DNA of 59,106 bases from Candidatus Hydrogenedentales bacterium. Lineage in GTDB: Bacteria > Hydrogenedentota > Hydrogenedentia > Hydrogenedentales > SLHB01. How positions within the stretch are numbered: the stretch's first letter is position 1; every line of letters starts with the position of its first letter. The DNA lies in assembly GCA_041859045.1 (NCBI GenBank), contig JBHELB010000051.1, positions 1-59,106 on the forward strand, in the 5' to 3' direction. A model generated the notes under the pieces. The model made no database searches, had not been told where the DNA came from, and saw only the letters and a list, made by a program, of their open reading frames with translations. Below, piece after piece: positions 44,570-53,389 of this stretch. A program made the translations under genes and the position numbers.

Positions 44570-45610
44570 CTATGCGCCCCGACGAATGACGACTTTCATC
44601 GCCGGGCGGTTCAACGCGGTGTCAAAGGCTTCCGCCATCGCGTCCTGCGCGAACGTATGCGAGATCACACACGTCACGTCGATGCGCCCCGAAGCCACCA
44701 GACTCATCGCCAACCGGTAATCTCGTGGGGCTCCGCCGGTCATGCCGGTCACCACAAGATTCTTGTAATGGATAAGGTTCGTATCGAGCAAGACCTTCGA
44801 TCGATCTTTGGGTAAACCGCCGAAGAAGCAAACCCGGCCGTAGGGCGCCAGCAGTTCGAGGGCCTGTGCCTGCACCTCGGGGACGCTGCACGCCGTGATG
44901 ACCGCGTCTAGCCCCCAGCCGCCGGTTTCACGCATGGCGATCTCACGCAGGTCCTCCTGCGCGGAGTTCACGATGAGATCCGGACCAAACGCGCGCGCTT
45001 GTTCAAGGCGCTCGGGTTGCACATCCGCGATGATGACGTTGGCCGCGCCGGACAACCGCGCCAAGGCGATATGCAACAGGCCGATCGGCCCCGCGCCGAC
45101 AATCAACACCGTGTCGCCCATCGCGATCTGCGCGGCGCGATTTCCGCTCACCGCGCACGACAACGGTTCCACAAGCGACGCCGCCTCGAAACTGACTGTC
45201 TCCGGCAGAAACGTCACGCTGCCCTGGGCCAGCGCCTCGCGCGGCACGCGCACGTACTCCGCGTGGGCGCCGTCGATGTTAATGCCAAAGGCCGTGTAGT
45301 CTGGGCACATGTTCGGCAGACCGCGCACGCACATGGCGCACTGACCGCAGCCGATGTTCGGCGCAATTCCCACGCGATCGCCTTCACGAAAACGGCCCGC
45401 CCCGCGTTCGACAACGCCCGCAAACTCGTGCCCCAGAATCACGCGCTCGCCGTCGCGCAGTTTGCGTTGGCCATTGCGAATGATACGAACATCCGTGCCG
45501 CAGATGGACGACGCCATCACACGCACGAGCAGCTCGCCATCCTCCACGGAAGGCACGGGGGCGTCAGCGAACGAAAGCCCCTGTCCCTGTGTGTACGCCG
45601 CAGCCTTCAT
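44570..45610 (-). CDS. Zinc-dependent medium-chain alcohol/polyol dehydrogenase
   Basis: 'SSICGTDVRI', 'GHEFAGVV' and 'GAGPIGL'. Confidence 0.85.
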   Translation of the reverse strand: MKAAAYTQGQGLSFADAPVPSVEDGELLVRVMASSICGTDVRIIRNGQRKLRDGERVILGHEFAGVVERGAGRFREGDRVGIAPNIGCGQCAMCVRGLPNMCPDYTAFGINIDGAHAEYVRVPREALAQGSVTFLPETVSFEAASLVEPLSCAVSGNRAAQIAMGDTVLIVGAGPIGLLHIALARLSGAANVIIADVQPERLEQARAFGPDLIVNSAQEDLREIAMRETGGWGLDAVITACSVPEVQAQALELLAPYGRVCFFGGLPKDRSKVLLDTNLIHYKNLVVTGMTGGAPRDYRLAMSLVASGRIDVTCVISHTFAQDAMAEAFDTALNRPAMKVVIRRGA

Positions 45611-46647
45611 ACCGCGCTTCCTCGAAGCACCTCGACCGGCGCGCCGGATTTCAACGACTGATTGGCGGCGACCACCGCCTCAACTGCGCGCAAGCCGTCC
45701 TCGCCCGTAACGCGCGGCTCGCGGCCCTCGTGCACGCACTCGATGAAATGCTCCATCTCGGCGAGGTAAGCGTCTTTGAATAGGTTGCGCCAACTTTTGA
45801 CGGCTTGGCCGAAAACCTGCCCGTCCACATTCACCTTGGTCACGCCCTGCTGGGCATAGCTGCCAATGAACAGCACGCCCTTCTCGCAAAGCACTTCGAC
45901 GCGGGCGTCATAGCCGTAGTGCGCGGGGCAAACACCGTCCACCGACCCGAGCGTGCCGTCGGCAAAGCGCAGGTTCACGACCGCATGGTCGTAAAACTCC
46001 GGGTAGCTCTCCCGTGCGTCGTCACACTTGAAGTTCGCGCCTTCCGCATAGACCCGGCAGATGTCGCTGCCCACAAGCCAGCGAATCGAGTCAAAATCGT
46101 GACTGTTCACCTCAGCCAGGATGCCGTTGCTTTTGTCGATCGCGTAGATCCACGGCGGCGGCAAGCCCGGGCCGCGTCCCGTCGAGCGGATCATGGTGAC
46201 ACGCCCCAACTCGCCCAAATCGAGCAGTTCTTTGGCGCGCATGAAGCCCTCGTCAAAACGCCGCATGAACCCGATCTGCAGTCGCACCCCCGCCTTCGCC
46301 ACCGCGGCGTTGATCGCGCGGCACTCGTCCGGGGTGATCGCCATGGGTTTTTCCAGAAAAATGTGTTTGCCGTGCTCGGCCGCGGCACAGGCGATTTCGC
46401 GGTGGAGAAAGGTCGGGGTCACAATGATGACCGCATCGACCTCGGGGTCCGCCACAGCATCCTCGTAGCGCGCGTGCAAGCGCGTTATCCCGTATTCGCG
46501 CCCCGTGGACGCCAAAGTCGCGGGGTTCGCGTCGCACAACGCCGTCATCCGCGCGTTGAGAATGCGATTAACCACATTGTTCAGATGCACCAGACCGGCC
46601 CGGCCAGTGCCCACCAAGCAAAAACGCAACGGATTCCCGAAAGACAT
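45607..46647 (-). CDS. Gfo/Idh/MocA-family oxidoreductase
   Basis: 'LRFCLVGTGRAGLVH' Rossmann motif. The start was set at the internal Met 'MSFGNPLRF'; the upstream part of the ORF looks non-coding. Confidence 0.8.
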   Translation of the reverse strand: MSFGNPLRFCLVGTGRAGLVHLNNVVNRILNARMTALCDANPATLASTGREYGITRLHARYEDAVADPEVDAVIIVTPTFLHREIACAAAEHGKHIFLEKPMAITPDECRAINAAVAKAGVRLQIGFMRRFDEGFMRAKELLDLGELGRVTMIRSTGRGPGLPPPWIYAIDKSNGILAEVNSHDFDSIRWLVGSDICRVYAEGANFKCDDARESYPEFYDHAVVNLRFADGTLGSVDGVCPAHYGYDARVEVLCEKGVLFIGSYAQQGVTKVNVDGQVFGQAVKSWRNLFKDAYLAEMEHFIECVHEGREPRVTGEDGLRAVEAVVAANQSLKSGAPVEVLRGSAV

Positions 46648-46834
46648 CAAAGCACCCCCTCTTGCGCTTGGCCAGACTGCAACGCGCACTAGGCGCGCAT
46701 TGTAGGTCCGCCCGCGACGGGATTCAAAAGCGGCTTCCGGGAAGAGTTCGCCCTTTGAAGGAGTTTCCTCGGGGTGTATGATGAACGGACCGGACCGGTT
46801 CGTTGTGGCGGCAACCGCCAGGGAGGACTTCCGC

Positions 46835-47983
46835 ATGCGAGACGTGTACATCGTATCCGCAGTACGAACCGCAGTAGGCAAGGCCATTCGCGGAACCCTG
46901 GCGCAAGTGCACCCGGCCGATTTGGCCGGGCCGGTGTTGCGCGAGGCCACTACCCAGGCGGGCGTCGCCCCGGAGGACATTCAGGACGTAGTGCTGGGCT
47001 GCGCCTTTCCCGAAGCGGCCCAGGGGATGAACGTCGCGCGCATTGCGGTCCCCGCTGCGGGCTTGCCCGACACCGTCAGCGCGATGACCGTCAACCGCCT
47101 GTGTTCGTCGGGACTCGAAGCCATCGCCATCGCCGCAAGCAAAATTCACGCGGGCCTTTACGACGTGGCGTTGGCGGGCGGGGTTGAGTCCATGAGCATG
47201 ATCCCGCTGGGCGGCTACAAATTTGCCCCGAACCCTCGCCTGTCCGCCGAACGCCCGGAGGTCTACATCGCCATGGGCCACTGCGGCGACAACATGGCGC
47301 GCGATTTCGGCATCGCCCGCGCCGAGATGGACGCCTGGGCGTTGCGCAGTCATCAGCGGGCGATCGCCGCCCAGGATGATGGACTCTTCAAGGCACAAAT
47401 CGTTCCTCTCGACCTCGGGAACGGCAAAATGTTCGACGTTGATGAAGGTCCGCGCCGCGACAGTACGATCGAGGCCTTAGCAAAACTGAAGCCTGCGTTC
47501 GCCCTGCCGGATCGCGGTTCCTGCACCGCCGGGAACTCCAGCCAGACCAGCGATGGCGCGGCCGCCGTTTGTTTGATGAGCGAGCCCGCCTTGCACCGCA
47601 CCGGGGCAAAGCCGCTCGCGCGCCTGCTCAGCTTTGCCATCGCGGCGGACGCTCCGCAATACCTCGGCCCGGCGCAAATCCCAGCGATCGACAAGGCCTG
47701 CGCATTGGCCGGAATCCAAAAGAAGGACTTGGCGCTCATCGAAAACAACGAGGCCTTTGCATCGCAATGTCTGTACGTCATCCGCGAAGCGGGCTTCGAC
47801 CCGGAGAAAGTGAATGTCAACGGCGGTGCCATCGCACTCGGCCATCCGCTGGGCTGCACTGGGGCCAAACTCTCCGTGCAGTTGATTCACGAGTTGCGCC
47901 GACGCGGCGATCGCTATGGCCTCGTCACGATGTGCATTGGCGGCGGCATGGGCGGCGCCGGCGTCTTCGAAGTCTGCAAGTAA
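46835..47983 (+). CDS. Acetyl-CoA C-acetyltransferase (thiolase)
   Basis: 'MRDVYIVSAVRTAVGK', active-site 'NRLCSSGLEAI', and C-terminal 'GHPLGCTGA'. Confidence 0.9.
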   Translation: MRDVYIVSAVRTAVGKAIRGTLAQVHPADLAGPVLREATTQAGVAPEDIQDVVLGCAFPEAAQGMNVARIAVPAAGLPDTVSAMTVNRLCSSGLEAIAIAASKIHAGLYDVALAGGVESMSMIPLGGYKFAPNPRLSAERPEVYIAMGHCGDNMARDFGIARAEMDAWALRSHQRAIAAQDDGLFKAQIVPLDLGNGKMFDVDEGPRRDSTIEALAKLKPAFALPDRGSCTAGNSSQTSDGAAAVCLMSEPALHRTGAKPLARLLSFAIAADAPQYLGPAQIPAIDKACALAGIQKKDLALIENNEAFASQCLYVIREAGFDPEKVNVNGGAIALGHPLGCTGAKLSVQLIHELRRRGDRYGLVTMCIGGGMGGAGVFEVCK

Positions 47984-48118
47984 AGACGCGGATTCCTAGT
48001 CCCGTATGGACACCCTCAAGCACCTGATAGACCAGCCGACGCTGGATGTTAATGCAGCGCGAGTATGCGCCGAAGATATCGCTCACCATCCACTCGAATG
48101 GCGGTGGCGAGAAGGCAG

Positions 48119-48496
48119 CTATGGGCGGAATACCTTTAGCTCTAGTTCTTCAATCGCCCGGTAGTCCTTGGCGTTTCCCGTGCAGAGAATCAACTCGTTC
48201 TCCGCAGCAGTGGCGGCTATCAAGGCATCGGGAACGCCCAGATTCGATTTCAGGGCGTACTCCTCCAGATAGATCGCCGCGCGGTGTCCAATGTTTTCCG
48301 AGAGCGACACAATGGCAAATCCCAGGTCGGTCAAGAAAGCCTTTGTGAGCCGCAGGTCCGTCTTGTCCCGAGCGCCCTGAAGCAACTCCATGTAGCTCAC
48401 CACCGACAGTTTCAGGGTATCCGCCTGGTCGATCACCGTTGTCGCGCGCTTGTTTCCGCGCAGCGCCCAGATGATGACGTCGGTGTCAACGAGCAT
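48119..48496 (-). CDS. vapC: PIN-domain toxin VapC
   Basis: 'MLVDTDVIIWALRG...' carries the PIN acidic residues. It overlaps the antitoxin gene by 11 nt. Confidence 0.85.
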   Translation of the reverse strand: MLVDTDVIIWALRGNKRATTVIDQADTLKLSVVSYMELLQGARDKTDLRLTKAFLTDLGFAIVSLSENIGHRAAIYLEEYALKSNLGVPDALIAATAAENELILCTGNAKDYRAIEELELKVFRP

Positions 48497-48731
48497 CGAA
48501 GCGTCCTTTTCGAAGCGCCCGAATATATGCCGACGGATCGCCCATCTCAGAGCGGTCGGCCCACATGCCGAACGCCTCGTGCTCGGCGGCGCGGATACGC
48601 CCGGCGTCGCGAATGGGCTCTATCCGGGCCACACGCTTTCCGCGATTGGTCAACGTAACGGTCTCGTTTCGTGCAATCGCGTCGAGAATCTTTTTGGGAT
48701 TGCGCCGCATATCCAAGACAGTCGCTTCCAT
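48486..48731 (-). CDS. Phd/YefM-family antitoxin (partner of VapC)
   Basis: 'MEATVLDMRRNPKKILDAIARNETVTLTNRGKRVARIEP'. GGAGG lies 8 nt upstream of the ATG at 48731. The longer ORF-track start (49109) was rejected. Confidence 0.75.
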   Translation of the reverse strand: MEATVLDMRRNPKKILDAIARNETVTLTNRGKRVARIEPIRDAGRIRAAEHEAFGMWADRSEMGDPSAYIRALRKGRFDAR

Positions 48732-48783
48732 TCTTTTGCCTCCAAGTAAACTGCACACTTGTAGTGTGCATGATTTCGGAAAG

Positions 48784-48821
48784 CGTGTCAAGGCGCCCAA
48801 CCGAGGCGGGGCCTTGACACG
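48784..48821. promoter_or_regulatory. Perfect 11-bp inverted repeat (cgtgtcaaggc ... gccttgacacg) in the divergent vapB/SPFH promoter region; right arm overlaps a TTGACA-N17-TATCAT promoter-like element
   Basis: The arms are at 48784-48794 and 48811-48821. TTGACA is at 48814-48819 with TATCAT 17 nt downstream. The repeat is 53 nt upstream of the vapB ATG on the opposite strand. Confidence 0.4.
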
Positions 48822-48900
48822 TTGATATATACATGATATCATAAAGATATTATGGCGTTGGTTGAGGTTTGTGGCGAAGGCCGATGAAAAGGAGGAGAGC

Positions 48901-49866
48901 ATGTCATCTGAGAGGCAGAAGTACGCCCTAAACGGCTGGCCGATGCTGGCGCTCGCGATCTTGATGTGGTTGGCGGTTCCGTCGCTCGTCGCGTGGGCGG
49001 CCATAGCCCATATAGGGAGCGTTGGCTTCACCGTAGTGATCATACTTGATGTCTTGCTTGTTTTTGGGGCGATTCTCGTGTCCGCAGGGCTGTTCACTGT
49101 CCAGCCCAACGAAGCGCGTGTATTGGTACTCTTTGGTAAGTATGTAGGGACGGTAAAACAGGAGGGGTTTCACTGGGCGAATCCGTTCTGTGTGCCTCGC
49201 GGCGAGCCGATAGCGCTCCCAAAACCAGGCAAGGAAAACGCCTACCAGTTGGGGCGGCGTCCGAACAAATATCGCGTGTCGTTACGGGCGCGCAATTTTG
49301 AAACGCAGACGCTCAAAGTGAACGATCTTAGGGGAAATCCTATCGAAATTGGGGCGGTGGTTGTATGGTCAGTGCGCGACACGGCGCAAGCGCTGTTTGA
49401 TGTGGATGATTACGAGAACTATGTCCGGGTACAGAGCGAGACGGCAGTGCGCCATCTCGCGAACTGCTATCCCTACGATCACGGCGGCGATGCCAGCGAC
49501 AGCACGACCACACTGCGTGACGGCACAGACGTCATCAGTGATGCGCTGCGTAGAGAGTTACAGGTCCGGCTCGACAAGGCAGGCGTGGTGGTCGCCGAAA
49601 CGCGTCTGACGCATCTGGCCTACTCGCCAGAAATCGCGGGTGCTATGCTGCGGCGTCAACAGGCAGAAGCGATTATCGCAGCGCGCCAGAAAATTGTCCA
49701 GGGCGCGGTAAGTATGGTTGAGATGGCCTTGACCGAGTTGTCCAGCCGCAAGGTGCTCAACCTGGACGAGGAGCGCCGGGCGGCAATGGTGAGCAACCTG
49801 CTTGTGGTACTCTGTGGTGAACGCCAGGCAGACCCCGTGATCAACACGGGTACATTGTATCAATAA
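48901..49866 (+). CDS. SPFH/band-7 domain protein (stomatin/HflK-like)
   Basis: '[24 protein letters not shown]' SPFH core. The start ATG 48901 is preceded by AAAGGAGGAG. Confidence 0.85.
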   Translation: MSSERQKYALNGWPMLALAILMWLAVPSLVAWAAIAHIGSVGFTVVIILDVLLVFGAILVSAGLFTVQPNEARVLVLFGKYVGTVKQEGFHWANPFCVPRGEPIALPKPGKENAYQLGRRPNKYRVSLRARNFETQTLKVNDLRGNPIEIGAVVVWSVRDTAQALFDVDDYENYVRVQSETAVRHLANCYPYDHGGDASDSTTTLRDGTDVISDALRRELQVRLDKAGVVVAETRLTHLAYSPEIAGAMLRRQQAEAIIAARQKIVQGAVSMVEMALTELSSRKVLNLDEERRAAMVSNLLVVLCGERQADPVINTGTLYQ

Positions 49867-49895
49867 GCGCTTGAGGCAATAATGGGCTGGGTAGC

Positions 49896-50075
49896 ATGGC
49901 AAGCAAGAAGGAATATCTACTGCGTATCGACGCAGCCCTCTGGACCGAGTTGCAGGCATGGGCCGCGGACGAATTGCGCAGTGTGAACGGGCAGATCGAA
50001 TTTCTGTTGCGGCGAGCCGTGTCGCAACGACGCAAGGAAATTGCGTCCGACACAGACGAGAGGGCCGAAAGCTAA
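49896..50075 (+). CDS. Arc/MetJ-type ribbon-helix-helix DNA-binding protein (59 aa)
   Basis: Not in the ORF track because it is under 60 aa. 'KKEYLLRIDAALWTELQAWAADELRSVNGQIEFLLRRAV' fits the Arc-like RHH pattern. Confidence 0.5.
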   Translation: MASKKEYLLRIDAALWTELQAWAADELRSVNGQIEFLLRRAVSQRRKEIASDTDERAES

Positions 50076-50201
50076 ATCCGTCTCTCCCTCCGATCGCAAC
50101 CTGTGTTGCTCTTGCTCAAACGATCCCCCGTAAGAGATTCACGCAGGACGCCCGCGACGCCCTATAGAGGACTCCCACGCCTTCCGCTTTCCCCTTGCGC
50201 G

Positions 50202-50230
50202 TTGACCCGGCCGGCCCACGGCCCTATACT
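50202..50230 (+). promoter_or_regulatory. Sigma-70-type promoter TTGACC-N17-TATACT flanked by inverted repeat gttgacc (50201-50207) / ggtcaac (50240-50246)
   Basis: The -35 is at 50202-50207, the spacer is 17 nt, and the -10 TATACT is at 50225-50230. It is 36 nt upstream of the ATG at 50266, which has a GGGGAG RBS. Confidence 0.45.
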
Positions 50231-50265
50231 CGCCCCGCTGGTCAACCGCAGGGGAGAAAACGATC

Positions 50266-51258
50266 ATGCAGACATCGACGGCGGAGCCTGGGCGCATCCC
50301 TACTTTGCATGTGGTGGGTGACTCGATTCCTCAAGCGTATTTTCGCGCCATCAAAGCAGTGTGGGAACATGGACTTGCCATTCGCACGGAATACGACCGC
50401 AAGAATGCGCAGGGCGAATTCATCGATCCGCCCAGCCGCGACGCGCGCGTGCTCATTGAAGTGAAGGACCCCTTCGCCCAACCGCGCTTCCCTCCCATTT
50501 CATTCTGCGAAATTGGCGTGTATATCGCGGAGATTATGGGACTAAAGGACTACCGCGTCGTCCCGTTCGACAAACTCCAGGCGGCCAAGGGCGGCGAACT
50601 CACGGCGCAGGAATGGCCGTACACATACCATCAGCGCCTGTTCGCGCACCCCGCGCCGGACGGCTCGACCCTGGATCAAATCGCGATGGCGATTGAACGC
50701 CTCGTTCGCACGCCCTACTCGCGGCGCGCCGTGGCCACCACGGCCGTCCCTACGGTGGACCCGTTCCTCACCGAGGACATTCCCTGCCTGCGGGAAGTAC
50801 AACTGCGCTGCCCCGAAGACGCGAGCGGTCATCTGTGCCTCAACATGAATACGATGTGGCGCTCGCGCGATCTGTACAAGGCCTGGGGAGACAACGTCAT
50901 CGCGCTGACCTTCATGCAGGGCGTGTTGGCGAAACGCATCGGCGCGCAGGCCGGAAAGACCGCGCAGGTGGGCAGTTACGCCGACTATGCGGGGTCGTTG
51001 CACATCTACGGACAGGATTTCGGCGCGGTCGGTGGCGACGCGGAGCGCGGACTGCAAAGTTTCTTCGACACGTTCGATGAAGAGACGTTTATCGCGCGTT
51101 CGCTGTCAAGTGAAATCGCGCTCGACATGCTGGTTCTGCCGCAATTGCGCAACCTCCTGTCGGAACGGCAGATCGAGCAGTGGAAGTTCCCGAAGGAAAG
51201 CATCGACCTCGTTGAGCAACTTATCCACGACCTCGAAAACGGGGTGTACTCGGTATAA
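50266..51258 (+). CDS. Divergent thymidylate-synthase-fold (ThyA/dCMP-hydroxymethylase superfamily) enzyme
   Basis: 'DQIAMAIERLVRTPYSRRAVATTAV...DIPCLREVQLRC...GHLCLNMNTMWRSRDLYKAWGDNVIALTFMQGVLAKRIG...SLHIYGQD' aligns to ThyA 'DQI..PDSRRIIVSAWN...PCHAFFQFYV...[26 protein letters not shown]...DTHLYSNH'. It has an extra C-terminal ~80 aa. Confidence 0.7.
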   Translation: MQTSTAEPGRIPTLHVVGDSIPQAYFRAIKAVWEHGLAIRTEYDRKNAQGEFIDPPSRDARVLIEVKDPFAQPRFPPISFCEIGVYIAEIMGLKDYRVVPFDKLQAAKGGELTAQEWPYTYHQRLFAHPAPDGSTLDQIAMAIERLVRTPYSRRAVATTAVPTVDPFLTEDIPCLREVQLRCPEDASGHLCLNMNTMWRSRDLYKAWGDNVIALTFMQGVLAKRIGAQAGKTAQVGSYADYAGSLHIYGQDFGAVGGDAERGLQSFFDTFDEETFIARSLSSEIALDMLVLPQLRNLLSERQIEQWKFPKESIDLVEQLIHDLENGVYSV

Positions 51259-51284
51259 CTGGGAAAGAAGGAACGCGCTGCGTC

Positions 51285-52112
51285 ATGCCTGTGGGACGTC
51301 TGTACGTGGTGGCAACGCCGATCGGCAATATGGAGGATATCTCCGCGCGCGCACTGCGCGTGTTGGCCGAGGTCGATCTTGTCGCCGCCGAAGACACGCG
51401 CCATGCCCGGCGTCTGCTCGACCATTACGCGATCCGCGCGTCCCTCACGAGCTACCACGAGCACAATGAGCAGGGAAAAGCACCGGAACTTGTTGCACGC
51501 ATGTTGGATGGGGCCCGCGTTGCGCTGGTCACGGACGCGGGAACGCCATGCATCTCCGATCCCGGTTACCGCGTGGTGCGCGCGGCGCAAGAAGCCGGCA
51601 TCCCGGTCAGCCCGATACCCGGTCCTTCGGCGGCCGTTGCGGCGCTGTCGGCCAGTGGCCTGCCCAGCGATTGCTTCACCTTTCACGGGTTCTTCCCGCG
51701 CAAAGGCAAGGACCGCGAGTCTCTGTTTGCCCGCGCCAAGACCTGGGGCGGCACGCACATATTCTACGAGTCGCCGCGGCGTCTGCACGACGCCCTCGCG
51801 GCATTGGTGGAGGCGTTTCCCCATGCGCAAACCTGCGTCGCGAGAGAGATAACGAAGCTGTTCGAGGAGATCGCCGTGGGAACGCCCGCCGAACTGGCGG
51901 AACGCTTCCAGGACGACGTGAAGGGCGAATGCGTGTTGCTGTTTCACGCCGAGCCCGAAACCGAAATCCCTACGCCCGAGCAAATCCGCGTCTGGGTCGA
52001 GGAATGCATGCAGGCCGAGGGCGTCTCGCGTCGCGATGCCGTGCGCCGCGTGGCACAGGCGCGCGGGCTGTCGCGCAATACCGTGTACGACGCCGCGGGG
52101 ACCGCGCCATGA
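51285..52112 (+). CDS. rsmI: 16S rRNA (cytidine1402-2'-O)-methyltransferase RsmI
   Basis: 'GRLYVVATPIGNMEDISARALRVLAEVDLVAAEDTRHARRLL' is the tetrapyrrole-methylase-fold RsmI N-terminus. Confidence 0.85.
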   Translation: MPVGRLYVVATPIGNMEDISARALRVLAEVDLVAAEDTRHARRLLDHYAIRASLTSYHEHNEQGKAPELVARMLDGARVALVTDAGTPCISDPGYRVVRAAQEAGIPVSPIPGPSAAVAALSASGLPSDCFTFHGFFPRKGKDRESLFARAKTWGGTHIFYESPRRLHDALAALVEAFPHAQTCVAREITKLFEEIAVGTPAELAERFQDDVKGECVLLFHAEPETEIPTPEQIRVWVEECMQAEGVSRRDAVRRVAQARGLSRNTVYDAAGTAP

Positions 52113-53320
52113 TGCCGGTCACTCTCGAGGAATCACGGCTCGCGCTGGTGCTCAAAATTGAGCGCCTCGCCTTGATTGCGCGCTATCTGATCTACTTTCT
52201 GGCGGCCTTTTTGTGCGCGCTGGGACAAATCGACGCCACTCCCCTCAGCATTGTCATCGTGACCGCCGCTATCCTGCTCCATAATCTATTTTCGCACTGG
52301 GTCTTCGTTTCGCGTCGCTATGACCTCTTTCTGCGTTGGTACAACTTCCTGCTCTACTTCGTTGAAACCAATGTCATCATCGCCTTCAGCGGGGTGGACA
52401 ACAGCGATGCCTTCGCGCTGTACTACCTGTTTGTGATCGGCTACGGCGCGTATTGCGGCGACCTAAGACGTACATTGGGCGCCGCGTTCTTGTGCGTGCT
52501 GTCGTTCATCGGACTTCTCGGGATTCAGGCCTATCAAAGCGAACTCTCCAATTCGCCCGGCGTGCTCGCCATCCGCCTCGGTTTCTTCATGATCGGCGCA
52601 TGGCTCGCCGGGGCGTTCACCCAACAACTCAAGCGTTCCGAGGCGGCGTCCGTCGATCGCTCACAGGCATTGGCGGCGTCAGAAGCCACGTTACGCGCCA
52701 TTCTCGACGCCGCGGCGAATCCGATCTTTGTCTTCGATCGTATGGAAACCGTGGTTGAGGCCAACCACCGGGCCTGCGAATATCTCGGCCTACCCCGTGA
52801 GGAACTCTTGGGCCAACGCATCCGGCGCTTTGTGTTCGACGACGGCACGTTGCCTGCGAAAATCGCGACGAGTGCCGAGCGTGGAGAGTTTCGCGGCGAG
52901 CTGATCCTGCTCAAGGCCGATGGCGAGGAACGCACGGTCGATTTCCTGGTTCGGGCGTTCCTGCGGGATGGCGAGTATTTCTACGTCGCGTTGGCCCACG
53001 ACATCACCGAGGAGAAGGAACTGCGCGAAGCCACGCGCCGCGCCAATGCCGATCTCGAACGCCTGAATCACGAACTGCGCCAGGTCGACGCGCTCAAAAC
53101 CACTTTCCTGGCCACGCTTTCCGAACGCATCCGTTCGCCGCTGTGCGCGGTGCTCGGTTACGTCGAAATGATGCTCGGCGAGGAACTGGGCGAGCTTGCT
53201 CCAGACCAACGCAAGGCCCTGCAAACCTGTCGCCGCTGTGCCCTGCGCATCTTTCGCTTTCTCGACGAAGCGCTCGATTTGCGCCATTTTGACAAACCGG
53301 CCAAGACGCCGAAAGCGTAG
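52109..53320 (+). CDS. Membrane PAS-DHp protein: degenerate histidine kinase lacking the phospho-acceptor His and the whole ATPase domain
   Basis: Multiple N-terminal TM helices, a PAS-like region, then the HisKA-like helix 'FLATLSERIRSPLCAVLGYVEMM'. The canonical 'SHELRTPL' is replaced by 'SERIRSPL'. The ORF stops ~70 aa later with no N/G boxes. The start ATG 52109 overlaps the rsmI stop. Confidence 0.7.
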   Translation: MMPVTLEESRLALVLKIERLALIARYLIYFLAAFLCALGQIDATPLSIVIVTAAILLHNLFSHWVFVSRRYDLFLRWYNFLLYFVETNVIIAFSGVDNSDAFALYYLFVIGYGAYCGDLRRTLGAAFLCVLSFIGLLGIQAYQSELSNSPGVLAIRLGFFMIGAWLAGAFTQQLKRSEAASVDRSQALAASEATLRAILDAAANPIFVFDRMETVVEANHRACEYLGLPREELLGQRIRRFVFDDGTLPAKIATSAERGEFRGELILLKADGEERTVDFLVRAFLRDGEYFYVALAHDITEEKELREATRRANADLERLNHELRQVDALKTTFLATLSERIRSPLCAVLGYVEMMLGEELGELAPDQRKALQTCRRCALRIFRFLDEALDLRHFDKPAKTPKA

Positions 53321-53389
53321 TGACGATTCCGACCGCAAAGTTGACAGGCTGACGCCGTCCGCTTCAGAATCTGCCGGGGAGACGGAAAG

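Noticed and set aside
48046-48348. + strand ORF 48046..48348 overlapping vapC on the opposite strand
   Set aside because: It is antisense to a well-supported PIN-domain gene, with a low-complexity Arg/Ser/Pro translation.
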